DNA of 64,000 nt from a virus. Positions 46,594-55,833 of this stretch are shown here, piece after piece. The position numbers were made by a program, and so were the translations under genes. The notes beneath the pieces are model-generated. The model was not told where the DNA came from. It worked only from the letters and a program-made list of their open reading frames with translations, and searched no databases. The stretch lies in IMG/VR virus record IMGVR_UViG_3300034759_000344, positions 1 to 64,000 of that record. One strand, written 5' to 3'. Numbering within the stretch: position 1 is the stretch's first letter; each line of letters begins with the position of its first letter.

Positions 46594-47106
46594 TTATGCC
46601 CTCACAATCAAGAAAGTGTCTGGTTCAAACTTGATTTTGTCAGTGCTAATCGCCCTTCCGATATATTGAACAATGTTTCCAGAACCGCCTGGTGGAGTAG
46701 TCGTAACCTGTCCAGGAGTCGTGGCAAGGAAATATTTGCTTCCTGTAGTGAACCCAGAGCCGGGTAAAAATCCATCAGTATACACCGAAACATTACTGCC
46801 AGCGGTTGCTGCTTCTTTCACGTATCCGACAGCAGGTTTGGTAGCATCTGTTGCATCTGCCTTCCTGGCTTTAAGAGTTCCTGCGTCGTCGTATATATTC
46901 ACCACGTCATTAGCCGCAAGGTCCTCTCCAGCCTGGACAACGATAACTTCAGCACCAATACCCTCAGGCATAACGGTGTCATCGAGCTTCCCGTCGCTTC
47001 CAAGGGCAACGATTTTCCCAGCATCAGCCGCACCAGACGATTGAACCGTTGCCTCTACTTCCTCGAGATTTCCAGTTGTTCCAACCTTCAAATATTTTTC
47101 AGCCAT
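46594..47106 (-). CDS. virion structural protein (DUF2190-like fold)
   Basis: AGEDLAANDVV, ARKADA, YFLATTPG. Confidence 0.7.
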   Translation of the reverse strand: MAEKYLKVGTTGNLEEVEATVQSSGAADAGKIVALGSDGKLDDTVMPEGIGAEVIVVQAGEDLAANDVVNIYDDAGTLKARKADATDATKPAVGYVKEAATAGSNVSVYTDGFLPGSGFTTGSKYFLATTPGQVTTTPPGGSGNIVQYIGRAISTDKIKFEPDTFLIVRA

Positions 47107-47121
47107 GACTTAATGACCTCC

Positions 47122-47592
47122 TTAAGCGAGTTTAACAGGAATACCAATACTAAGTGCAAGACGTGTAGCGCTTTCTGCTACACCAACAACCAAAACGAAG
47201 CCGGTATCGGGCTTCGTATCTATGATTTCTCCGCCGTCACCGAGAAAGTAGACACTCCCCGGAGATAAGTTCCAATTCGGATTCTCTATCGCACCTATGC
47301 GATACACAAGCCCGCTCTGCCCCTCAGCAATATCTTCTACAGTCATTCCTACGATGCGGTTCATATGGGAAAGGTTATAGCAGGATGCACTCTGTATCTT
47401 ACCCTCGGTGTTGACATAAACGATGTGAAAAGCAGGAACGCCTCCAGTTCCCGCTACAAATTTCCCTATTGTGGTTCCAAAGGCATCGTCTATTTTCTGC
47501 ATGTTATCGGCAAAATCCTGAGCAAAAGAACCTACCTGTGCATTGTCGGAAGACTTTACGAGCCCAAGCTTATCGGTTCTAACTTCCGCCAT
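47122..47592 (-). CDS. virion structural protein
   Basis: NMQKID N-terminal motif; similar C-terminal fold (WNLSPGSVYFLG). Confidence 0.7.
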   Translation of the reverse strand: MAEVRTDKLGLVKSSDNAQVGSFAQDFADNMQKIDDAFGTTIGKFVAGTGGVPAFHIVYVNTEGKIQSASCYNLSHMNRIVGMTVEDIAEGQSGLVYRIGAIENPNWNLSPGSVYFLGDGGEIIDTKPDTGFVLVVGVAESATRLALSIGIPVKLA

Positions 47593-47911
47593 AGGACGCC
47601 TCCAATGTGCTCTCTACATACTCAACAACGGCATCAGACACGAGATGTATTCCATCCTGAAAATCTACCGCCACCTGGAAGGTGTAGTTTTCGTCTCCTA
47701 TATCCAAATCCCCTTCTTGAACGGTATAACGAACCTTGCCCTCAGATGCGGAATAGATTTCTGCATCTCGAACTGCAATAGTATTCCCTTTCTTGATATA
47801 GACCTGAACCGTTGTCGCTGTGGAAAGGTCATATGCGTTACCGTTTTCATCCTGCAGCACGAAAATAATATTTATCCCCTTTTCGCCTTGTTTCATAGGC
47901 GAACCCTCCAC
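47579..47911 (-). CDS. BppU-like baseplate N-terminal domain protein
   Basis: LQDENGNAYDLS, EGKVRY....DLD. Confidence 0.7.
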   Translation of the reverse strand: MEGSPMKQGEKGINIIFVLQDENGNAYDLSTATTVQVYIKKGNTIAVRDAEIYSASEGKVRYTVQEGDLDIGDENYTFQVAVDFQDGIHLVSDAVVEYVESTLEASYGGS

Positions 47912-48111
47912 GTATAATCTTTAGCAACCCTGCACACTTTGCTTACCATAGATTGAAGTCCGCATTGAACCTCGTAGAAGAACTGCAATATCCCGCTAAT
48001 CCCGAACCACGAAAATTGATTTATCTCCTGCCAGGATAATTGATTTGCTTCCGCCCAGGACAGGCCACCAACAATCTCTTGTTTATATTTGAAGGAAAGG
48101 ACTTTGTTCAT
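47893..48111 (-). CDS. hypothetical protein
   Basis: SW.E.N..SW repeats. Confidence 0.45.
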   Translation of the reverse strand: MNKVLSFKYKQEIVGGLSWAEANQLSWQEINQFSWFGISGILQFFYEVQCGLQSMVSKVCRVAKDYTWRVRL

Positions 48112-48266
48112 CGCTTAAAGATGTCCACCAAAAGCAGCGTGAAAATAGCGCAGGCAATCCCGAAGGTCAACAGCGAAAAGATGTTGCCAGAACCAACCAC
48201 AACATCACCAACGCAGGCATCGTTACCGAGCACGAAAGAAAGGTTGCCGAACATGTTTCCGCCTCC

Positions 48267-48415
48267 TTAAGCTGGATTAGCGTTTACCCACTTACCGGTT
48301 GCCCCATCGTATTTCAAAATTTGCCCATCGGCTGGACTTGTTATCTCAACATCGTCCAGGTCATTAAGCGTGGGCTTTGCGTTTATCCATTTACCGGTTG
48401 TATCATCATATTTAA
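48267..48415 (-). pseudogene. 3' remnant of a tail-fibre gene truncated by an IS end
   Basis: KYDDTTGKWIN...LNDLDDVEITSPADGQILKYDGATGKWVN*, no start codon. Confidence 0.65.
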
Positions 48416-48466
48416 CGAACCATAGCAAGAAGTCTCCACCTTCTATAAGGTGGAGATGAATTGCTG
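48416..48466 (+). mobile_element. isolated IS605-type left end
   Basis: AGCAAGAAGTCTCCACCTTCTATAAGGTGGAGATGAATTGC resembles the left end at 23010-23060. Confidence 0.7.
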
Positions 48467-48597
48467 GGTAATGTAATTATTGTTTCTGCAAATTAGAACT
48501 AGCTCGCTAGGATTTATTTGCTTGTACTTGTCTGACAGTTGCAGGTAGTTGCCATCTATATCCTGCACGTATACCCACTTACTTGAATTGTGTCATT

Positions 48598-48945
48598 CTA
48601 CTGAGTTTCTTCTTTGTGTTTAGCATAGGGACTGTTCTGGTAAGCAGTACGTACTTCAGCTTCTATCTCTTCATCAGAGAGCTGAATGTTTACCTTAGCC
48701 AGCAGCTGCTTAGCAATATCTACTGCCTTGCGCAGTTTTTCAATTCCAGATGGTTTAGTGGCGGAATTGGCGTAGAAGTCTTCGGCAGCAGCTACTGCTT
48801 TGTCAGCAACGGTGGTGATTATCATGATACGGTTGAGAATCTCTTCCCTTTTGTTGCGGTCTTTCACATAGTAAGTGAGAATGAACGCAATAAGCATGGG
48901 AGCAATTCCCAACAGTATTTGCTGTAGAGTTTCAGACCAACTCAT
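48598..48945 (-). CDS. holin (LL-H-like)
   Basis: N-terminal TM, AVAAAE, GIEKL..A, EIEAEVR.AY. Confidence 0.8.
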   Translation of the reverse strand: MSWSETLQQILLGIAPMLIAFILTYYVKDRNKREEILNRIMIITTVADKAVAAAEDFYANSATKPSGIEKLRKAVDIAKQLLAKVNIQLSDEEIEAEVRTAYQNSPYAKHKEETQ

Positions 48946-48960
48946 TTTAATTACCTCCTT

Positions 48961-49572
48961 TTATTTGTTAATATCCCAGTTGGGATTTTCGTGGATTCCA
49001 TTTTCATCTATGGAATATATCCAGTTTCCGTCAGGATTAACTTGGCTGGAGTACTTCTTAACTTCTCTGTTTATCTCCTGTCTGATCATCTCCTGAAACA
49101 CATAGTCAAACTTTTGAAGCTGGATTTCAAAATCCTTGCGCAGTAAATCCCCAAGCTTTTCCCGGTTGTAAACGTGAGTGTAGTACTCGATACACTGTTC
49201 AAGATCTGTGGCTACTTGGTCTACATATTTTTGCACTGTATTTGAAAACCATTTCCATCCTGATCTTTCCAGGTCTAAATACTTCCAAGTTAAGTAGTGC
49301 ATTATCCTCGGTGATATGAGCCACACTATATCCACCAAAGCCTGAATCAGTTTTAAGTACTTTACAAAGTTGTTTACGAAGGTTTCTTCATCTACTCCCT
49401 TTTCTGGAAGGTAGCGGTACAGCTTCCTTACTAAAGCTTCTACTTTCTCTGGACAGTATTCCCCTACTAAAACTAAAAGCTTGCGGGCTTCCAGAATGAT
49501 ACGAGCGTAGATGAAGAAGAGCTTGAGGTAGTGCATAGAGTTATTCCCACTTGATGTATCCCAAATCCTCAA
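48961..49572 (-). CDS. hypothetical protein
   Basis: ORF between endolysin and holin; start uncertain. Confidence 0.6.
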   Translation of the reverse strand: MRIWDTSSGNNSMHYLKLFFIYARIILEARKLLVLVGEYCPEKVEALVRKLYRYLPEKGVDEETFVNNFVKYLKLIQALVDIVWLISPRIMHYLTWKYLDLERSGWKWFSNTVQKYVDQVATDLEQCIEYYTHVYNREKLGDLLRKDFEIQLQKFDYVFQEMIRQEINREVKKYSSQVNPDGNWIYSIDENGIHENPNWDINK

Positions 49573-50026
49573 TAACTTTAGCCACTTTCTTTATCTTATT
49601 ATAATAATTAGGATCAGTAGCCCATCCCGGTTCTCCAGGTTCAGGTAAAAGGGCTTTCAGGAACTCGTCAGCATTGCCCAGGTGCTCTAAAGCATCCTGG
49701 AACCAGGGAAGGGTTTCTAACAAGTGGTAGTAGTCAAGCAAGCACTCCTGCCAGCTACGGTACTTTCTCCATCTGGCAGTTGTGCGGTACCATCCTTTTT
49801 CTTTAGACCACTCCCACGTGGGAAGCTCTACGACATCCCCTTTCCAACTTTTGCCTGCTTTAATACCAAATAAGTTGTTAGCAGCTTTGGCTAAGTAAGA
49901 CTGTCCCCAGTTACTCTCTAAAGCTGCCTGCGCAAAAATGACCGGTTTATTCAGTCTGGCACCGCGCTTGGTAGCCCAGTAAAAGGCTTTTTCCATGCGT
50001 TCTAGAAATGCTCTGCGGTAGTCCAA
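49541..50026 (-). CDS. endolysin, glucosaminidase/GH73 family
   Basis: AQAALESNWG, NNLFGIKA, WATDPNY. Confidence 0.9.
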   Translation of the reverse strand: MDYRRAFLERMEKAFYWATKRGARLNKPVIFAQAALESNWGQSYLAKAANNLFGIKAGKSWKGDVVELPTWEWSKEKGWYRTTARWRKYRSWQECLLDYYHLLETLPWFQDALEHLGNADEFLKALLPEPGEPGWATDPNYYNKIKKVAKVIEDLGYIKWE

Positions 50027-50040
50027 GTGGGTCCCTCCTT

Positions 50041-50244
50041 TTACAGCTCTTCTAGGTATTTGATGGGTATTTCCACTTTTAGAGCCAAGTCTTTCAAGGA
50101 CTCAGGAGTGTTAGGGTTACAATAACGGACCAGAGCCTTGTCTTTTCTGAATTCCACAATTTGACCTACCCAGGCTCGACAGTGTCTAGTCTCTGGTGAA
50201 GGGTCTGGTTTAACCCAGACAAAAGATCCTATATCCATACTCAA
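50041..50244 (-). CDS. small hypothetical protein
   Basis: 67-aa ORF. Confidence 0.5.
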   Translation of the reverse strand: MSMDIGSFVWVKPDPSPETRHCRAWVGQIVEFRKDKALVRYCNPNTPESLKDLALKVEIPIKYLEEL

Positions 50245-50325
50245 TCACCGAAGTGACTGACAGCTTCTAAAATAAGTAGGACTAGAGCCAAGATGGCTAA
50301 GAGGTACCAAGAACTGCTCATGGTT

Positions 50326-50640
50326 TTAGCCTCCAATGATAACATTTGGAGAGCCAGTAGCTATTACTCCTACGTTGTTTTCACAGAAGCAAGAAAGTAA
50401 ATCCCCTACTCTGGCTGCCCCCTTTCCATTGATAAGTACACTGCTGGATCCTTCAACTACGTTGCAGGGATGCGTGGTAACGCTTCCAATGTAGGCTGCA
50501 GGATGTCCGTTGATGAATACATTAGGGGAACAGTTAGTGGCAATTTCGTTTTGTAGTACCTGACAAGAGGGGTTTCCTTCTTCATCCTCAGTTACTTCCC
50601 AGCAGGTAGTTATGCTTCCTAAGTAGGCTCCCTGTGGCAT
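50326..50640 (-). CDS. PAAR-motif tail spike tip protein
   Basis: PNVFINGHPAA, GSSSVLINGKGAARVGD, ATGSPNV. Confidence 0.9.
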   Translation of the reverse strand: MPQGAYLGSITTCWEVTEDEEGNPSCQVLQNEIATNCSPNVFINGHPAAYIGSVTTHPCNVVEGSSSVLINGKGAARVGDLLSCFCENNVGVIATGSPNVIIGG

Positions 50641-50649
50641 GGTTCACCT

Positions 50650-50752
50650 CAATACTTGAAGTAGTTAACTCCCCAGACTATCTTGTATCCTTCGTCTACA
50701 GGACATACCCCTTCGGAGCAAGAGGAGCTTTCCTTTTTATTCTTGCTCTTCT
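50650..50752 (-). repeat. diverged duplicate of the 3' end of gene 51954-52682
   Basis: encodes KSKNKKESSSCSEGVCPV...WGVNYFKY, like 51954-52050. Confidence 0.8.
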
Positions 50753-50990
50753 GTGAACTACCCCTCCCTAACCCCTCCGGGTTAGGGAGGGGCTTCGGTA
50801 GGGTTTCCTGCTTCATCGTAACCCCAACGGGTTAGCTCCACAGGCTTGACGTCCCGTGGTTCCCACGGTAGGGAAGCTTTATGCCGCTTCCAGAGCCAAC
50901 GCTTTCTTCAGGATATTCCGGGCGGCATTTACATCCCGGTCGAGTATAAGGCCACAATAAGGGCAGTAATGAGTCCGCTCTTCTTTAAAT
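50753..50990 (-). mobile_element. TnpB 3' remnant with reRNA and right end
   Basis: HYCPYCGLILDRDVNAARNIL...*; ends GAAGCCCCTCCCTAACCC...GTAGTTCAC. Confidence 0.8.
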
Positions 50991-50999
50991 AATATTCAT

Positions 51000-51199
51000 A
51001 TAAGCCAGCACAGGAGACTCCATCTTCTTTAAGATGGATAGGAATGCGCTGATTCCTCCTTTCTAATATTAGTGTTTTTGCTCTTATTGTCTTTATTAGA
51101 AGATCTACGTCCGGACTGGGCGGAAGTAACGCCTGTGGAGTGGAAGTTGTCCCACGATGAAGCAGGAAGCCTTGCATTTAAATGCGAGGAGGAAGTCAC
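51000..51199 (+). mobile_element. non-autonomous IS605-type element
   Basis: after TTCAT; left hairpin TCCATCTT-CTTT-AAGATGGA; reRNA-like GCCTGTGGAG...GATGAAGCAGGAAG; right end GTCAC. Confidence 0.75.
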
Positions 51200-51561
51200 T
51201 TAATGAGCTTAGAGAGGATAACCGCTACTAAAATGGGGGAAAGGATGGAAGATAGGACGGCAACTACCTTATCAGCCGTCCAGCGGTTAAGATTTCTTCT
51301 TTCTCTAAGTTCATCTTGTAGAAATGTAATGTCCTTGTCTTGTATGCTGTTTTTGTTGCTTAAATTTATGACATTGTCATTTATCTTTTCGAGCTTGTCG
51401 TATATTTGCTTTAGATTTTGTTCTAAAATAGCCGAGTAGTTAGAAGCCTCTTTACACAACCTACTCACTTCCTTTTCAAGTGAAGCTACTCTGGTTTCTA
51501 TAGAAAGCCTGGTTTCAATATAAGGACATACCTTACTGTCGTTACGTTCTTGATAGGTCAA
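51196..51561 (-). CDS. coiled-coil protein with C-terminal TM (XhlA/holin-like)
   Basis: coiled coil followed by a hydrophobic helix. Confidence 0.6.
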   Translation of the reverse strand: MTYQERNDSKVCPYIETRLSIETRVASLEKEVSRLCKEASNYSAILEQNLKQIYDKLEKINDNVINLSNKNSIQDKDITFLQDELRERRNLNRWTADKVVAVLSSILSPILVAVILSKLIK

Positions 51562-51575
51562 GAGAGACCCTCCTT

Positions 51576-51613
51576 TTCATATAAGCCAGCACAGGAGACT
51601 CCATCTTCTTTAA
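51576..51613 (+). mobile_element. duplicated, truncated left end of the 51000 element
   Basis: TTCATATAAGCCAGCACAGGAGACTCCATCTTCTTTAA identical to 50995-51032. Confidence 0.75.
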
Positions 51614-51957
51614 AGATTTCTGTTTATAAGTCTGTAGTTTAGACTTTGAGTGTCAAAGTAGTTTTTGCACATATTTAAAAAGAGGTCAGTACTGATAGGG
51701 GAGCAGGAAAAAAGGTCTATAAATAATCGGTTTTTGTATTGACTCAATATTAGATGTGATTCAGCTATGATAGCAAATACTGTGAAGTGGTTTTTGTATT
51801 CTATAACATCTGGACCGAACACTACCGTTAACGGTAAGTCTTTTATGCATTTACAGACAAATTCCATCGCTTGACCTTTGGCTGCTGGTTCTTTGGTTAG
51901 CATATCTACCATGATTTGGGTTCCTACCAATACCGACCCCTCCTTTCTTATAATCAA
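51610..51957 (-). CDS. S-adenosylmethionine decarboxylase-like proenzyme
   Basis: IIAESH pyruvoyl-forming motif; IDLFSC. Confidence 0.7.
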   Translation of the reverse strand: MIIRKEGSVLVGTQIMVDMLTKEPAAKGQAMEFVCKCIKDLPLTVVFGPDVIEYKNHFTVFAIIAESHLILSQYKNRLFIDLFSCSPISTDLFLNMCKNYFDTQSLNYRLINRNL

Positions 51958-52682
51958 TACTTGAAGTAGTTAACTCCCCATATTAAGTAGTTGTTTACAG
52001 GGCATACCCCTTCGGAGCAAGAAGAGCTTTCCTTTTTATTCTTGCTATTCTTGTTCTTCTTTAAGCAATACGCATCAGTGTAGTAGAGTACGTGTCCTCT
52101 TTCTACTAGATAGTTGATACGGTCCCATACTGGAACTTCAAGGGTAACTTTCATATCTGGATAGTACTTGCGCATGAACTCGTCAAAGCTATTGTGGCTT
52201 CCGAAGTAATACCATAAGTTCCATACGTAGACCTTACCATCTGGCCCGTAAGCGTAAGACAGAGCATGTCCTGGAGTTCCAATATCTTTCTTTGGATATA
52301 TGTGCACATAGTAAGCTTCATACCCAAGTGCTTCTTTAGCAAGGTATGCAGTCATTAATGCCCAATCATCACAGTCTCCTTCCCATTCTGGTTTTACTAT
52401 AATACTCCCTTTATTTTTTGCATCTGGTATGCACTTCATTGGTAATTCTGCTGGTGTGAAATAATATCCATTGTATCCAGTTAGAATTTTGTCCGAATTA
52501 TATTCTGCATTTACACTTCTTAAATAGGTCTCGATCAGTTTAGGGGTAGTAATCCAATCGGGAAAGTCAAATAACTTTTGTGGTTCTGGGTCTATTGGTG
52601 TTGGTGCTATAAGGCACCCAGCTACGTTGAACAGCAAAGCAAAGATGACGATAATAGCTATCTTGCGCATTTGGACAATCAC
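51954..52682 (-). CDS. lipoprotein with transglutaminase-like Cys protease domain
   Basis: lipobox-like VAGC; GDCDDWA, GHA. Confidence 0.7.
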   Translation of the reverse strand: MIVQMRKIAIIVIFALLFNVAGCLIAPTPIDPEPQKLFDFPDWITTPKLIETYLRSVNAEYNSDKILTGYNGYYFTPAELPMKCIPDAKNKGSIIVKPEWEGDCDDWALMTAYLAKEALGYEAYYVHIYPKKDIGTPGHALSYAYGPDGKVYVWNLWYYFGSHNSFDEFMRKYYPDMKVTLEVPVWDRINYLVERGHVLYYTDAYCLKKNKNSKNKKESSSCSEGVCPVNNYLIWGVNYFKY

Positions 52683-52930
52683 CTATTCTAAAGTAGTTTT
52701 ATAGACAGATATAAGGAAGTTAAGATTGGTTATAAGTAGTAAGGTTCTGAGCTTCTTCGGTGGTCAGCCAGGGACGCTTCACGAACGCAAAGCTTGTAGT
52801 ATTTCCCGTTTTTCTTCTTCAGTTAAGGATGGGTATTCAGCAAGAATTTCCTCTGCCGTTCTATTCTCGGCTTGCATTCGGTAGCGAACTACACGAACGA
52901 AAAGGGTTTTCTTCCAAGTAGGCATTTATG

Positions 52931-53203
52931 TCACCTCACAGATAAGTTTCCGATAAGATAAGCAATAGCTGCTTCAATATCCTTAATTCTTTCATCGGTT
53001 GGGGGCTCTGGAGGCTCGGGTGTTGGGTCGTGGTTAGCTATAACTCGCTGTGCAAGTTCCACCTCGTTTGAATCAACTTCTATCTCAAATCTACCATCAG
53101 GGTATGAAGTAACTCGTGGATTTTTTATACCAGCTTCAATCAGTTCTTTGTGAATTTTTATGTGGTTAAGGTTTTGGGCATTGATGACTGCTCGGATAGA
53201 CAT
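52931..53203 (-). CDS. XkdW-like tail fibre chaperone
   Basis: HDPTPEPPEPPTDERI..IE.AI. Confidence 0.6.
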   Translation of the reverse strand: MSIRAVINAQNLNHIKIHKELIEAGIKNPRVTSYPDGRFEIEVDSNEVELAQRVIANHDPTPEPPEPPTDERIKDIEAAIAYLIGNLSVR

Positions 53204-53242
53204 AAAAATACCTCCTCAATATTCCTTTACTATAATACTCTC

Positions 53243-54724
53243 TTAAACCTTATTAAAGTATGGAGAACCGAGTTCTGCCTTGTAAGTATAGCCAGCACCA
53301 GAAATGGATACTTTTAATATTGTGGTAGCGTTGTGAGGTATCCCATAAATACACCCATTGGTAGCAAGAATGCCACCGTCCCACTTGTACAAATCGGTCA
53401 AACTTCCAAAGGTGGTTATTGAGTCATCAGATGGATTTATCTTAAGAACTGTGGTAGCGTTGCTAGGTATCCCATAAATACACCCATTGGTAGCAAGAAT
53501 GCCACCTTCCCACTTGTACGAACCGGTCAAACTTCCAAAGGTGGTTATTGAGTCATCAGATGGATTTATCTTAAGAACTGTGGTAGCGTTGAAAGGTATC
53601 CCGTAAATACATCCGTTGGTAGCAAGAATGCCACCTTCCCACTTGATTGAGTCACTACTCAAACTTCCAAAGGTGGTTATTGAGTCATCAGATGGATTTA
53701 TCTTAAGAACTGTGGTAGCGTTGTGAGGTATCCCGTAAATACATCCATTGGTAGCAAGAACGCCACCAAACCACTTGTACGAACCGGTCAAACTTCCAAA
53801 GGTGGTTATTGAGTCATCAGATGGATTTATCTTAAGAACTGTGGTAGCGTAGTGAGGTATCCCATAAATACATCCATTGGTAGCAAGAACGCCACCAAAC
53901 CACTTGTACGAACCGGTCAAACTTCCAAAGGTGGTTATTGAGTCATCAGATGGATTTATCTTAAGAACTGTGGTAGCGTTGTAAGGTATCCCGTAAATAC
54001 ATCCATTGGTAGCAAGAATGCCACCAGCCCACTTGATTGAGTCACTACTCAAACTTCCAAAGGTGGTTATTGAGTCATCAGATGGATTTATCTTAAGAAC
54101 TGTGGTAGCGTCGTGAGGTATCCCGTAAATACATCCATTGGTAGCAAGAACGCCACCAAACCACTTGTACGAACCGGTCAAACTTCCAAAGGTGGTTATT
54201 GAGTCGGTTGTGCTAACAGTAGTTACGTGCTCAAGTCCATAAAGAGCTGGTTTCCACGTCCAGAAATAGCTTAACAGGTAACCGTTTTGCGACAACACTT
54301 GCCGACCTACTGTGGAGTCGTGGATAACGGAAATGGCAGTATCGCTTTCTCGAATAATGCCCATTGCGTTGCTACTTTCGGCGATAATGCCCATTGCGTT
54401 GCTACTTTCGGCGATAATGCCCATTGCGTTGCTACTCTCGGCGATAATGCCCATTGCGTTGCTACTCTCGGCGATAATGCCCATTGCGTTGCTACTCTCG
54501 GCGATAATGCCCATTGCGTTGCTACTCTCGGCGATAACACTCATAGTTTGCAGCGTTTTATAAGGTTCAAAGCCTATGCCAATGACACCACGAAAATACC
54601 GCCCAGTAGTCTTGTAGGCATCTGTAAGGGCAAGAATGTCGCTCAGGTTGCCATATAGGCCTTCAACAAACGTATTTAATTTATACGTTCCACCGCCACG
54701 CCTAACAAGTGTCCCTTCGCCCAT
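53243..54724 (-). CDS. putative receptor-binding protein: 10-aa tandem repeats plus 7-bladed repeat domain
   Basis: (IIAESSNAMG)x~6; seven 42-43-aa repeats KW.GG.LATNGCIYGIP..ATTVLKINPSDDSITTFGSL. Confidence 0.85.
   Translation of the reverse strand: MGEGTLVRRGGGTYKLNTFVEGLYGNLSDILALTDAYKTTGRYFRGVIGIGFEPYKTLQTMSVIAESSNAMGIIAESSNAMGIIAESSNAMGIIAESSNAMGIIAESSNAMGIIAESSNAMGIIRESDTAISVIHDSTVGRQVLSQNGYLLSYFWTWKPALYGLEHVTTVSTTDSITTFGSLTGSYKWFGGVLATNGCIYGIPHDATTVLKINPSDDSITTFGSLSSDSIKWAGGILATNGCIYGIPYNATTVLKINPSDDSITTFGSLTGSYKWFGGVLATNGCIYGIPHYATTVLKINPSDDSITTFGSLTGSYKWFGGVLATNGCIYGIPHNATTVLKINPSDDSITTFGSLSSDSIKWEGGILATNGCIYGIPFNATTVLKINPSDDSITTFGSLTGSYKWEGGILATNGCIYGIPSNATTVLKINPSDDSITTFGSLTDLYKWDGGILATNGCIYGIPHNATTILKVSISGAGYTYKAELGSPYFNKV
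53320..54205 (-). repeat. seven near-identical 126/129-bp coding repeats
   Basis: visible DNA tandem repeat. Confidence 0.9.
54352..54537 (-). repeat. 30-bp tandem repeat (~6 copies)
   Basis: GCGATAATGCCCATTGCGTTGCTACTYTCG. Confidence 0.9.
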
Positions 54725-55306
54725 TTACTTCACCACCTTGGCCGTGAATGGCAAGTCTACGGTTGGCTTCTCTATAGCATAAAAGGTTATGCTATTTGTT
54801 CCAGTTACTGCCCTGTAAATGTAGCCCCATTCCTCATTTCTTATGCTGTCTGTTGCGTAGTTTCCACTCATCACGACATCGATAATTGGCTCATCATCAG
54901 CAGTAATTCCAGTAATTGAAACTGTTTGAGAATAAGGAGCAGCCGTTCCAGACCACCCAACAGCAGATAATGTTCCAGAGTAAGTGGCTACGGTGGCAAA
55001 GTCGGAAGCACTATACCCACTATCCTGTAAATTCCCCGTAGCGTCCAAAGAAGCAAGGTTGCCAGCAGTAGTGCCAGGAACCTTGTCGGCTTTATCATTA
55101 TGGGTATGTGATGCTGGTGCTGCTCCTACCTGTTCATAGGTAACCTGGTGAGGGTTATCAGTACGCAGCTCATGTGAGTTTATTTGCACCTGCAAACTGT
55201 GCAAAGTGCTGTCTATAATAGTAAAGTTGTTGTTTAATTTGTCGTCCCAGTAAGTTTCACCCTCAGAAGGAAGATATAAGTTGTAGTTAGGAGTGTAAGT
55301 AGCCAC
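54725..55306 (-). CDS. tail fibre protein
   Basis: YTPNYNLYLP N-terminus, DNPHQVT..QVGAAP motif shared with 59371-60468. Confidence 0.75.
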   Translation of the reverse strand: MATYTPNYNLYLPSEGETYWDDKLNNNFTIIDSTLHSLQVQINSHELRTDNPHQVTYEQVGAAPASHTHNDKADKVPGTTAGNLASLDATGNLQDSGYSASDFATVATYSGTLSAVGWSGTAAPYSQTVSITGITADDEPIIDVVMSGNYATDSIRNEEWGYIYRAVTGTNSITFYAIEKPTVDLPFTAKVVK

Positions 55307-55320
55307 CGACTATCCCCTCT

Positions 55321-55830
55321 TTAACTACAAGCTTGCTGGTACACTTCTTCAAAAGCTGAGTCCAGGAACTCCTCAGCATTTTGGGGAACTAAAACTCGTA
55401 GTGAAGTACCGCTGCTAGTATTTTTCAAAGACTCTATGGCTCGCAGTACGTTTATGCTTAACTGGGTAAGCAAACCCATAGTTGTGGTTAGTGTACTCTC
55501 GTTACTGATAATTGCTTGAGCAATTAGACGGGACATTACCAACTCGTTGAACAAGTTAGGTTCATCACTTTCTATTCCGCTTGCATCAACCAATTCTCCA
55601 AATTCTTCAGATTCCAGATAATCGTGGATTTCTTTAATGTGTTTATTGAAGCCTTCATTGAGGTGGTAGATACAGAATATATTTTTGAACAAGTAGTTGA
55701 GCTGGGCTAACTCGTCTCTGTTTAGCTGAAAAGCATTAGCTTTCTCAATTAAAGAATCTATGTGCCTATCATCGCAGTTTCCCATTAACCAATAGTAGGG
55801 TTTAAGCTCTTTACTGCTAATAGTCAACAC
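55321..55830 (-). CDS. hypothetical protein downstream of the rSAM pair
   Basis: 169-aa ORF starting 3 bp after rSAM 2. Confidence 0.6.
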   Translation of the reverse strand: MLTISSKELKPYYWLMGNCDDRHIDSLIEKANAFQLNRDELAQLNYLFKNIFCIYHLNEGFNKHIKEIHDYLESEEFGELVDASGIESDEPNLFNELVMSRLIAQAIISNESTLTTTMGLLTQLSINVLRAIESLKNTSSGTSLRVLVPQNAEEFLDSAFEEVYQQACS

Positions 55831-55833
55831 CAG

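Noticed and set aside
50929-51177. 82-aa ORF
   Set aside because: Spans two IS remnants; the meaningful TnpB frame is a different one.
54287-54658. Alternative-frame repeat ORFs (54287+, 54307-, 54312+)
   Set aside because: By-products of the stop-free 30-bp tandem repeat.
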